Made by a program: the position numbers and the translations under genes. Shown piece by piece: positions 9,497-19,108 of a DNA stretch of 64,000 nucleotides. Positions within the stretch are counted from its first letter, which is position 1; every line of letters starts with the position of its first letter. The notes beneath the pieces are model-generated. The model worked only from the letters and a program-made list of their open reading frames with translations. It had not been told where the DNA came from and did no database searches. The DNA is from an uncultured candidate division Zixibacteria bacterium (GTDB lineage: Bacteria; Zixibacteria; MSB-5A5; UBA10806), in assembly GCA_963801605.1 (NCBI GenBank), contig CAWDFP010000006.1, positions 640,001 through 704,000 on the forward strand, read 5' to 3'.

Positions 9497-12400
9497 TTAC
9501 CCCAGTACCACTACTTTATCAGCTACAATCGTTAGTCCGCCCTGATCCGTTTGCACTGTGCCTTCAATATCCAAAAGTGGTTTGCGGAAAATGCGTTCGC
9601 CCACGCGCTGGTAGACTTCCGGAAATAAGGTAACCTCAAACATATCATATTCATCTTCCATGGTAAGGAACACCATGCTCTTGCCGTTGTTGGTCTTGAT
9701 ACGCTTACGATCAGCAACCAGCCCGGCGATCTGCACCCGTTTCCCCTCCAAGCGGGAAAGCTCGAAACTCTTAATATGCCCATTGTTCATCGATAAGCCG
9801 TTCTATTGGATGGCAGCTTATCGACATCTCCAATATTTCGTGCTCGGCTTTGAGTTTCTGGTCGATATCGAAATCGGGCAGGTCAGGCGCAAACGGTATT
9901 TCAGGCTCAATGAAATTATTGAACATCGGAAGATCGCCGGAATTGTTTTTTAGCCTCTTTTCGCCATACATTTTCTGAAGCCAGAGAAGCTGCGGCCGGC
10001 TCTGCCCCAGACAATCAAGCGCGCCAACGCGGATCAGGCTCTCGGCCTCGTCCACCGATGGCCGTACCCGCGCCAGAAAATCGAAGAGACTCCGAAACGG
10101 CCCCACTTTTCGGGCCTCAATTATTCTCTCAATCGTTTCTCTTGACAGGTTTCTTACAAAAAGCAATCCGATATACAGATTCTTGCCGTCAACAAAACAA
10201 ACATCCGATGGCCTGTCAATTGTTGGGGTTTTTAGAACTGCTCCAAAACGGCGGGCCTCCTCGGCGTAAACGCGGGCGATATAATATCCGGCAAAATTAT
10301 TCAACATCGAGGCCATATACTCCACCGGATGATGCGCCTTAAGATATGCCCCGCGATAAGCAAGAACCGCGTAGGTGGCGGCGTGCGCCTTGCAGAAACC
10401 ATACGAGGCAAATTGCGCCATGAGATCGAAAACGTGGGAGGCAACGGCGCTTTCTATTCCGCGCCGTGAGGTCTGACTGAAAAACGCCTCCCGCATTTGC
10501 GCGAAATCTTTATGCATTCGATCCTTGGTGATCGCGTTACGCAGAAGGTCGCCCTGTTCAGGCGTAAAGCCTGCCATCGCTTCGGCCACGCGCAGGACCT
10601 GTTCCTGATAGATGATATTGCCCAGGGTTTCGCGCAGTACCGGCTCCAGAAGCGGATGAGGATATTCTATCGGCAACCGTCCAAACAGCCGCTCCAGAAA
10701 TACCTTCTTCATTCCCGATTCGGACGCGCCCGGACGAATCAAAGCTAACGCCAGGGTAATATCGTTGAGATTTGCCGTTTTCATGGCAATCAGAAGCGCG
10801 CGCAGGCCCGGCGATTCAATCTGAAAGACGCCTACCGTTCGGCCGCGACGAAGCAGCTCATAAGTTTTGGGATCGTTATCGGGAATTGTATCCGGACGAC
10901 TGCCGGTTTTTGCCGCGATAATATCTCTGGCTTCCTCGATTGTGGAAAGGCCGCGCTGGCCTAGAAGATCGATCTTAACCAGGCCGAGGTCGTCAATCGA
11001 ATACATATCGTATTGGGTGATGGCGATACCCTTGGCAGCGAGCTGCAGGGGGACCAGATCGAGGAGCTTGCCCGGCGCAATCACAATGCCGCCGCAATGG
11101 ATTCCCAGGTGACGAGGATACCCCTCGATCTTGCCGGCGATTTCGATGATGCTCTTATATGGTTCCCGGGCAACCGGCAGATGACGGCATTCCGGGCTGG
11201 TGGCAACCCGTTTGGCGATACCGTCAACGCTGCCCCCGAAGGGAAGACGCTTTGGTGAAATCGGAAATTTCATCTCCGGAGAGGCCGAATGCCTTGGCCA
11301 CCTCGCGAATGGCCCCGCGGACCGCAAAGGTGTTGGTAGTTGAGATCATCGCCACCCGATCACGGCCATATTTTTCATAGACGAATTCAAGCACGTCGTC
11401 ACGACGTTTCCAGCACAAATCGAGATCGATATCGGGTGGATCGCGGCGGGCCTCGTTGAGGAAGCGCGGGAAATAGAGGTCCTGTTCGATCGGGCAGACC
11501 TCGGTTATCCCCAGGCAATATGAGACAATCGACGATGCCGCCGAGCCGCGCCCCACGCAGGGGATACCGCTCGCGCTGGCAGAATTCGATAATATCGCGC
11601 ACGATCAGGAAATAGTCGACAAACCCGGCACGCTCGATGACGTTAAGCTCATATTCCAGCCGCGAGATTGCCTCGCCGCTCATTTTTGGATAGCGTCGAT
11701 GAAGTCCATCGGAGGCCAGTTCATATAGAAGTCGGGTATTTGGTTTGTCGGCTCCGCTCTCATAGATTGGAAAATTGAGCTTGCCGATTGGCAGATCGAG
11801 ATTGCATTCCTCGGCAATCTCAAGAGTGTTTTTGATGGCGTCGGGGAAATCCGCAAAAAGCTTGAGAGTCTCCGGCCTCGATCTAAAATATGCCAGTTGC
11901 CCCTCGGTGGCATCATCCTTAAGTTGATCGATCGGGATGATCTCTCCGATCGCGCGCAGAACGCGATGAGTGGAGTAATCCTCTTTATCGAGAAACGCGA
12001 CCGGATTGGCGGCTATGGTTTTGATATTGCCAATGCTTTTAATATCCCTTTGTAATCTGATCTTGCTTCTCAAATCGCCGAAATTGACCAGACCGAAATA
12101 GAGGTTGCGGCCAAAGATATCATGTAACAAACCAATCGATCCGACATCAAACACAATCGCGATGACATCCTTACCGTATAATGATATATCCTCAAGCGAT
12201 GGTACTCGCTCATCAAGCTTTTCAATTGTCGAAAGCCGGCAGAGGTTGCCATATCCAACAATAGATTTGGCGATAAAGAGAATCCGTCCGGCTTCGGTTT
12301 CGAGCTCGACACCCACTATCGGTTTGATGCTATAATCTTTGGCCTTCTTATAGAATTGTATCGCGCCGTAGAGGCCGCCGAGATCGGCCAGGCCAAGCGA

Positions 12401-12508
12401 AGCCATACCCTGACGAGCCGCGCGCTCCAGAAGCCTATCGAGCGTGGCGGCGCCGTGCAGGAACGAGTAGTTACTGCGACAGCGAAGGGGTACGAAGCTC
12501 GTAACCAT
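9497..12508 (-). CDS. dnaE2: Error-prone DNA polymerase III alpha subunit, DnaE2-like (split by 3 frameshifts near 11570, 11250 and 9790)
   Basis: Consecutive ORF pieces give a PHP domain ('RCRSNYSFLHG'), 'GRGSAASS', catalytic 'PPDIDLD', 'HLGIHCGG', 'KIDLLG', 'YGFCKAHA' and a C-terminal OB fold. Directly downstream of dinB. Confidence 0.85.
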
Positions 12509-13689
12509 CGACTACCTCGCGGAAATTATCGCCCAGATGCTGAGTGCGTCCGGTGTAGATGGCGTGATATCCAAGTTTGGAGCGGACCTGATCGAGACTA
12601 TTGGCCAGGTCGAACGATTTCTCGCTGGCGAAAAGACGAATCTGCCGAAAGGCCGGCGAAAGTTTCATGGCGGTAATACCCAGATGCCGCACGCCAATCT
12701 TGCGGGTATAGATCTTCTCAAACAGGGCGTTGACCGCGGAATGAATATCGCCCTCGGCGTTGGATGGGAAGGGGAGGGTGCGGGCATCATCGTTAGAGGA
12801 GTAATCGACATAGCGCAGTTTGACCGAGACCCGTCCGGTGACCTGGTTTTGCTCGCGAAGCTTCTGGCAGACGCGCTCCAGCAGATAGTAAAGTGTGCCC
12901 TGCAGGAAATCCTTGTCGACCGAGTCGGCGTTGAAAGTGGTTTCGCGGCTGACCGTTTTCTGGAATTCGCTCTGGCTGCACCTCGCGACTGTCGATCCCG
13001 CGGGCGTAGTCGTACCACTCGCTGCCGCGGACGCCGAATAGCTCAATCAGCGCCGAGCGCGGCACCTTCTGCAGATCGCCAACCGTATGGACGCCAAGCT
13101 CGGCCAGCGTCTCCTCGGTTTTGTGGCCGATATTGGGAATCTGGCGCACCGGAAGTGTCGGGCAGCATCGCCTGGGCGCGCGTTTCGCTGATGACGGTCA
13201 GGCCATCGGGTTTGCGCATATTGCAGGCGATCTTGGCGAACATCTTGGAGGTCGAAATCCCGACCGAGCAGCGGATATTGAGCCGGTCGCTGATCTTGTC
13301 CTTGAGCGATTGCCCCAACTCGCGCACGGTGCGAATCGGCTCCGGCAACCGGTGAGATCGAGATACCCTTCGTCCATCGAGACCGGCTCGATCTGCGGAG
13401 TGTACTCGTCGAAAATCTCCTGCACCTTGCGCCAGAAATCGAGATAGATTTTGATATCGCCTTTGACGAAATGGGCGTGGGGCAGACGGCGGTAGGCCTC
13501 GGCCAGCGACACCCCGAACCCGACCCCCAGCTTGCGGGCCTCGTAGGAGGCGCAGATCACGATACCGCGCGTGCCCGGCTCGCCGCCGACAATGACCGGC
13601 TTGCCGCGCAGATCGGGGTTGAGCGCCTGCTCCACCGACGCCAGAAAGGCGTTCATATCGACCAGAGCGATGATTCTGTGATTTTCCAT
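12471..13689 (-). CDS. dinB: DNA polymerase IV, Y-family (frameshifted near 13345, 13150 and 12960)
   Basis: 'LVDMNAFLASVE', 'CASYEAR', 'SMDEGYLD', 'KMFAKIA..MRKPDG', HhH 'IPNIGHKT', little finger 'KTVSRETTF' and clamp motif 'QIRLF'. Confidence 0.85.
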
Positions 13690-13747
13690 AACTATAACAC
13701 CCCCAATAAATTACACGCACAGTGCCGCGATAATACAGACAAGCAAC

Positions 13748-13761
13748 GGCACAAATGTGCA
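13748..13761. promoter_or_regulatory. Candidate LexA (SOS) box at the dinB-dnaE2 promoter
   Basis: Palindrome GGCAC-AAAT-GTGCA immediately downstream of the -10 element. Confidence 0.5.
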
Positions 13762-13766
13762 GGTAT

Positions 13767-13795
13767 AATATATAGCGATTAAAAAGGGGTGTCAA
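13767..13795 (-). promoter_or_regulatory. sigma70 promoter of dinB-dnaE2
   Basis: TTGACA-17 nt-TATATT on the minus strand. Confidence 0.65.
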
Positions 13796-13820
13796 GGGGA
13801 AAAAGGAGTTTCCTTAGCTA

Positions 13821-14465
13821 CTACGCTTCATACTCTTTATCATGTATGCGACTCTTTAGAAATGGAATGTTTCCGTGAGGGGATTCAAATGTATATTCCA
13901 AACCTATTCGATCGTAAACCTGTTTCCAGAAGTCAGGTTTTTCAAATCCGATAGCTTTGCAGAAGTTGCTAAATGAATCAATCGTCTCCAGACGATTGAT
14001 CCTTTCATCTTTAAATTTATTGGTTTCTAAATCGAAATTATCTGGCATAAGTTCTATAAGATAACGCCTGTATTCAGGAGTACCCATTAGGCTGATCAGA
14101 TGATAAAACTTATCATCATCTGCAAAGATACCTATTATACCCCAGGGAATTTCACCATACATTTTAATCGATTCCGCAAATTTACTTTCAAAATCGAGCC
14201 GTTTTGAATATATCAAATAATCATTTGCGAGACGGAGTTTCAGGGCGGAGTCAATGTGAATTATATCATACCCCTGTAGTCGTCGCATCGGATGAAAGTG
14301 TAAATCATTGGGTTCTTTGGCGGCCAAAGCATCAGCCACAATACCCACGATTTTAAAGGACTGCTCCAGCGTCATTGTTGACATTGGTGGTTTTGGCTTA
14401 AATTTATAATTTCTATGCTTAAATATTTTCCATAACTTCTTCATATACATTCCAATCGCTCCCAA
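13821..14465 (-). CDS. Hypothetical protein (AT-rich); start uncertain
   Basis: 214-aa ORF, co-oriented downstream of the TIR gene. No family recognised. Confidence 0.6.
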   Translation of the reverse strand: MGAIGMYMKKLWKIFKHRNYKFKPKPPMSTMTLEQSFKIVGIVADALAAKEPNDLHFHPMRRLQGYDIIHIDSALKLRLANDYLIYSKRLDFESKFAESIKMYGEIPWGIIGIFADDDKFYHLISLMGTPEYRRYLIELMPDNFDLETNKFKDERINRLETIDSFSNFCKAIGFEKPDFWKQVYDRIGLEYTFESPHGNIPFLKSRIHDKEYEA

Positions 14466-14477
14466 AATATTTTCTCT

Positions 14478-14501
14478 GGGCGGCAGCCGTCCTAGGTTGC
14501 C
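14478..14501 (+). repeat. REP-like palindrome (second copy at 55959-55982)
   Basis: GGGCGGCAGCCGTCCTAGGTTGCC matches GGGCGGCAGCTGTCCCCGGCTGCC at 20 of 24 positions. Confidence 0.55.
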
Positions 14502-14509
14502 TCTTTATA

Positions 14510-15559
14510 CTAAATTGCGTTTTCAAATTCAGAGTTATCTTTTATACAGGCCATTATTTTTTCTGATATCTTTATGGCGTCGTCACCATCAACGATCAAT
14601 GCTTGACGCGCCTCTAAAAATCCCTCGAGCTTTCCTCCAAGCCGAAGGGAGATTATCATTTTTTCATTTCCAATACAATGCCCAACCTCTTGATGGGTCC
14701 ATTCTGACTCATTAAATGAGTCGGTGATCAACGCTACTAATATTTGACAAGATTTTAGGTGCTTTAAAATCTCCAGTCGCCAATCTTTATCTACTTTTAT
14801 TACGTCATGAGCCAAAAACGTTTTATAGCCGTAAGCTTCCAATCGTGATTTTATTTGACCGGCCCAAATCTTATCATTGTGGGAATAGCTTATAAATATC
14901 TCTAATTGCTTTAGAGCGCTTTTTTTATCATTATTATTTTTTGTAAAATACTCTTCAACCTGCGATCTCATTTTAGGATTAATACGATATTGGCGATGTA
15001 TAATTCCATTATAAATCATATTCGTTCCGACTGCTTTTTCCGCTACTAAATATTCTACATGCGTCAAGTCTTCTGCCCATTCGCCAATCTGATCTTCCTC
15101 TGCATTAATATTGACATGCAAATCAACAGGACTAATTTTCCAGGAAGGAAATAGCGCATTAATATTAAAAACAAATTTAAGAATTTCCGTACGCACTAAA
15201 GGACCGGGGGGCATAATTGAAGCTCTCATTTTTTCATATTCATCAGTGAACAAGTCAAATTGTTTCAAATCCGGTTGTTCCCGGATTTTTAAAATGCCAA
15301 ATTTTACCGCTTCAAAAAAAAGAGCATTGTCATCATTAATAAAATAAAAATCTCTTAAATCACTTGATATTCTTACAACAAACTCTATCGCGTCGCTACC
15401 TGATGGGGCGATCTGCGTAAAAAATAAATAGAATGGAATTCTACCAAGTAGGTCGCCGGAATCAGGTTTGTGCTGATCTGCGCGAACCATAAATTTTATG
15501 GGTTTTTCATTAACTAGAGAAATATATTGTCCAAGATCAATGCTTTTAATCAAAGTCAT
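14510..15559 (-). CDS. TIR-domain protein (C-terminal TIR, unknown N-terminal domains)
   Basis: 'IFISYSHNDK', 'TFLAHDVI...DWRLEIL..L..C' and 'SEWTHQEVG' with the catalytic Glu. RBS AGGAGG. Confidence 0.8.
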   Translation of the reverse strand: MTLIKSIDLGQYISLVNEKPIKFMVRADQHKPDSGDLLGRIPFYLFFTQIAPSGSDAIEFVVRISSDLRDFYFINDDNALFFEAVKFGILKIREQPDLKQFDLFTDEYEKMRASIMPPGPLVRTEILKFVFNINALFPSWKISPVDLHVNINAEEDQIGEWAEDLTHVEYLVAEKAVGTNMIYNGIIHRQYRINPKMRSQVEEYFTKNNNDKKSALKQLEIFISYSHNDKIWAGQIKSRLEAYGYKTFLAHDVIKVDKDWRLEILKHLKSCQILVALITDSFNESEWTHQEVGHCIGNEKMIISLRLGGKLEGFLEARQALIVDGDDAIKISEKIMACIKDNSEFENAI

Positions 15560-15730
15560 TTAAGACCTCCTGCCTTGCGTATTCTTCACCCCTCGCCCGC
15601 GTTGTCGTCTCAATGATGCGCCACAAAATTAATATACATCGCCAATTGTGTCAAGAAAAAAGGTGGCGTAAAAGAGCCAGATTAAAGGGCTATACCATTT
15701 TGGTGAGGTCAACCAAATGGTCTTTCCCGT

Positions 15731-15791
15731 GGTGTCGGGTCTCCGCACCCGACACCTAACGAGTAGCGGTCAGGTTCGGAGACCTGACCGC
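15731..15791. repeat. Inverted doublet of REP-like hairpins
   Basis: GGTGTCGGGT-ctccgc-ACCCGACACC and, on the reverse strand, GCGGTCAGGT-ctccga-ACCTGACCGC. The two share the GGTCTCCG loop region. Confidence 0.65.
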
Positions 15792-15827
15792 ACAGGAAAT
15801 CCACTCAAATAAATTACACAGAGGCCC

Positions 15828-15856
15828 TTGACAGGCGTCAGGAAACATTTTACAAT
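15828..15856 (+). promoter_or_regulatory. sigma70 promoter of the marR-family gene
   Basis: TTGACA-17 nt-TACAAT. Confidence 0.7.
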
Positions 15857-15872
15857 ATGAATAGTTATAATT

Positions 15873-16340
15873 ATGAAATATCAGATGAGCATAGCGGAAA
15901 AACATACACTCAAGACACAGGCCGACAGGCTTTTTACCGCCGTCGAGGCGATCGAGAAGTCGCTGGAGCATGATTTCGCCGGGGCGGAACTCGATTTGAC
16001 CAAACCGCAGTTGAAAACGCTGATTGCCGTGTACCGCGCCAAATGTGTCACCATGAGCGAGCTGGGCAAGCTGACCGGCTACCCCACCAGCGCCCTGACC
16101 GGCATTATCGACCGCATGCTTAAGAAGAAGCTGGTCAAGCGAGTGCGCGATAATGACGATAGACGTATTGTCAAGGTAACCATCAGTGATACCGGGTCAA
16201 GCCTGGCGGCGGAGTTTCACCGGAAACTAATGCGCTGCCTGTCCGTAGTTCTTGAAAAGATCGGCCCGGACGAGCGGGAGAAGATGGTGACGCTCATGGA
16301 AAAGATCGCCAGCGGTTTTCCCAACCGCAACGGTGCGTGA
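15873..16340 (+). CDS. MarR family transcriptional regulator
   Basis: 'LTKPQL..L', wHTH 'TMSELGK...SALTGIIDRM.KK.LV.R...DDRR.V.V.IS..G'. Confidence 0.9.
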   Translation: MKYQMSIAEKHTLKTQADRLFTAVEAIEKSLEHDFAGAELDLTKPQLKTLIAVYRAKCVTMSELGKLTGYPTSALTGIIDRMLKKKLVKRVRDNDDRRIVKVTISDTGSSLAAEFHRKLMRCLSVVLEKIGPDEREKMVTLMEKIASGFPNRNGA

Positions 16341-16408
16341 AAAGGATGTTTGCCGGTAACGCTGCTTTGTGATAAGATCGAATAACAGGGGCTTTTTGAA
16401 GGTGTAAT

Positions 16409-17227
16409 TTGGACGAAAAGTTTGAAATTGGCGAAACGAACGACGATGTAAGCTTCAATGGATTTGAAAGGATAGGTGTTTTTCTATCCTATCTTTACCA
16501 ATATGCGATATTTCTTGTAACTTCGGTCAAAGCCGCGTTTGGCAAACCGTTTTATCTCAAGGAAATCTACGAGCAGCTTTACCAGATCGGATATAGATCG
16601 CTTTCGATTGTCACCCTGACCGGTACTTTTACCGGCATGGTGATGGCGTTCCAAACCGGTATGGAGATGAGCCGTTTCGGAGCCAAAGCCTATATCGGTT
16701 CGGTGGTAGCGTTATCGTTGGTTCGTGAACTTGGACCGGTGTTGACTGCGCTGGTGATCGCGGGACGAGTTGGAGCCGGTATCACCGCCGAACTCGGTTC
16801 GATGAAAGTGACTGATCAGATCGATGCCATGCGCGCCATGGCAACCGATCCTTTCAAAAAACTGGTGGTTACCCGAATTATCGCGCTCATCATCATGGTG
16901 CCGATCCTGACCGCCGTAGCCGATGTTGTCGGCCTTATCGGAGGCATGCTTATTGCGGTCACCAATCTCAATGTCGGTTTCGAGCTTTATCGAAGCACGG
17001 TTACCAATGCGCTGCTTTTTGAGGATCTTATCTCGGGCTTTACCAAGCCGATCGTATTCGCAATTCTGATCGGCACTATCGGCTGTTTCCTGGGAATGAA
17101 CACCAAAGGCGGCACCAAGGGAGTCGGCAGCAATACCACGATGTCAGTGGTGATATCATCGATTTTTATTTTCATTCTCGATTTTGTTATGACCAAGATA
17201 TTCTTTCTCGTTGGAAGGCCGCTATGA
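16409..17227 (+). CDS. mlaE: MlaE family ABC transporter permease
   Basis: 'RELGPVLTALVIAGRVGAGITAELGSMKVTDQIDAM' and 'GGTKGVG..TT.SVV'. Confidence 0.92.
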   Translation: MDEKFEIGETNDDVSFNGFERIGVFLSYLYQYAIFLVTSVKAAFGKPFYLKEIYEQLYQIGYRSLSIVTLTGTFTGMVMAFQTGMEMSRFGAKAYIGSVVALSLVRELGPVLTALVIAGRVGAGITAELGSMKVTDQIDAMRAMATDPFKKLVVTRIIALIIMVPILTAVADVVGLIGGMLIAVTNLNVGFELYRSTVTNALLFEDLISGFTKPIVFAILIGTIGCFLGMNTKGGTKGVGSNTTMSVVISSIFIFILDFVMTKIFFLVGRPL

Positions 17228-17962
17228 TTAAAATTGTCGACCTTTCGAAAAATTTCGGCAAAAAAGTAGTGCTTAAAAATTTTTCAGTGGATTTCGAAAG
17301 CGGCCGGACCACGGTGGTACTGGGACGATCCGGAACGGGCAAAAGCGTACTTCTGAAAATTATTCTTCGGCTTCTACAATCCGATGGTGGGACGGATTTA
17401 TGTCGACGATATCCGACACCACCGATTATTCCGAACAACGAGATGATGGATGTACGCCGTCGAGATGGGGATGCTATTTCAGGGTTCGGCGCTTTTCGAT
17501 TCGATGAATGTTTATGAAAACGTGGCCTATACACTCAGAGAGCACACTCAAATGACCGAGCCGGAAATCCGGCAACGGGTGGCCGAGAAGCTGAGTTTCG
17601 TGGAGATGAGCGGCACCGAGCAATTGCTGCCATCGGAGCTTTCGGGCGGCATGCAGAAGCGGATAGCATTAGCGCGTGCCATGGCCAATAATCCCGATTA
17701 TATATTTTTCGATGAGCCCACAACGGGACTGGACCCCATAACGGCTCAGACGATAAATGAGCTGATAAAAAGAGTTGAGGTCGAGACCGGAACGACTATT
17801 ATAGTTGTGACGCATGATCTCGAAAGCGCCTATTTTGTGGGACATAAGCTTGTTTTGATTCGCGAAGGCGAAGTATATTTCGAGGGATCGCCGGAAGAGT
17901 TTCAAAAAAGCGATTTGGAGTTTGTCAGAATGTTTAGAACCGGCGGAAAGGCAGGTAATTGA
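17224..17962 (+). CDS. mlaF: MlaF family ABC ATP-binding protein (several indels at 17385-17465)
   Basis: Walker A 'GRSGTGKS' in ORF 17224..17517. 'GMLFQGSALFDS', 'LSGGMQKR', 'FDEPTTGLDP' and 'VTHD' in ORF 17450..17962. Confidence 0.85.
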
Positions 17963-17963
17963 T

Positions 17964-18920
17964 ATGAATGGCAACAGGGGCAAAGAAATAAGAGTAGGAG
18001 CCCTGATCGCTGTCGGATTTTTGATAGTATTTGGAGCCTTTTTCGTAATTGGCGGTCAGGAAGGTTTTTTCCATAAAAAGTATGAACTTCGCGCCAAATT
18101 TGAAAATGTCGAGGGATTGACGGTTGGCGCTGCCGTGAGATTGGGCGGTGTGAAAGTTGGCAGCGTGGAAAGGGTCGGATTCTCTCGTGATGATAGCGAC
18201 AAGCGGGTCATTGTCAAGATGCTGATAAACGCCAGGAGTTTCGATCAAATCCGCAAGGATTCGATGGCTAAACTCGGTGGCCAGGGTCTTTTGGGCGACC
18301 GCACAGTTGATATTTCAATAGGTACACCGTCAGAGGCCGCGATGATGCCCGGCGACTTTATTAACACGGTAGAAACCGCGCAGATCAACGATATCATCTC
18401 CCAGGGCGGTGATGTCATGGCCGATCTGAAGAGCACGGCGCGAAATATTAAAGAGATTACTTATAAAATAAATAACGGCACCGGCAGCCTGGCTCAGATT
18501 ATTAATGATCCGCGATTATATACTAATCTCGACTCCCTATTAGGCCTCTGGTCCGATATAACCATAAAGATCAATAGCGGCCAGGGCGTTTTGGCCAAAC
18601 TGGTCAACGATCCTGCGCTTTACAACAATTTATCGACATCTCTAAGCGAGATCGATGCGTTTATGGTGAATATCAACGATGGGAAGGGCAGCCTGGGTAA
18701 GCTTGCTAAAGAGGATATCGTCTATAATCGTTTTGATAGCCTGTTGACTACAGCCAATTCGATTCTCACCAAAGTTAATAGCGGTAGCGGTACCGCCGGT
18801 CAAGCCCTAAACAACGCCGGGCTTTATCAGCGGATTGATTCGACGCTGACTGCTCTCAATGAGCTTATTGTCGATATCAAAATGCATCCCAAAAAATATG
18901 TGAAGCTTTCAATATTTTAA
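17964..18920 (+). CDS. mlaD: MlaD/MCE family protein
   Basis: N-terminal TM, 'GLTVGAAVRLGGVKVGSV', 'GLLGDRTVDI' and repeated 'G.GSLGKL..D..LY' helical repeats. Confidence 0.9.
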   Translation: MNGNRGKEIRVGALIAVGFLIVFGAFFVIGGQEGFFHKKYELRAKFENVEGLTVGAAVRLGGVKVGSVERVGFSRDDSDKRVIVKMLINARSFDQIRKDSMAKLGGQGLLGDRTVDISIGTPSEAAMMPGDFINTVETAQINDIISQGGDVMADLKSTARNIKEITYKINNGTGSLAQIINDPRLYTNLDSLLGLWSDITIKINSGQGVLAKLVNDPALYNNLSTSLSEIDAFMVNINDGKGSLGKLAKEDIVYNRFDSLLTTANSILTKVNSGSGTAGQALNNAGLYQRIDSTLTALNELIVDIKMHPKKYVKLSIF

Positions 18921-19108
18921 ACGGATTTATCAGTCAAAAAATATTTGCCGATTGAGACATGATAGCGCCAACCTTACCTGATTGGCGCTATTTTTTTGGC
19001 GGTATCGGATTTGCAGTCGATTGATATGCGCCCAACAATATCTTGACCATTTTAAACAATAAGGTATATTTGAACAAAGCCGCATTATTCTTCGGCTGTT
19101 TGAGACAG

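Noticed and set aside
12537..13355. 272-aa plus-strand ORF and other overlapping ORFs over dinB
   Set aside because: These are antisense shadow ORFs of a GC-rich gene and have no recognisable motifs.
9497..13689. Programmed frameshifting or a split/intein-containing polymerase in dnaE2 and dinB
   Set aside because: The breaks are single-base indels without slippery sites or intein motifs, and similar indels occur in many unrelated genes in the window.
14466..14509. Integron attC site between the islet genes
   Set aside because: No RYYYAAC/GTTRRRY boxes, the stem is too short and there is no integrase nearby.
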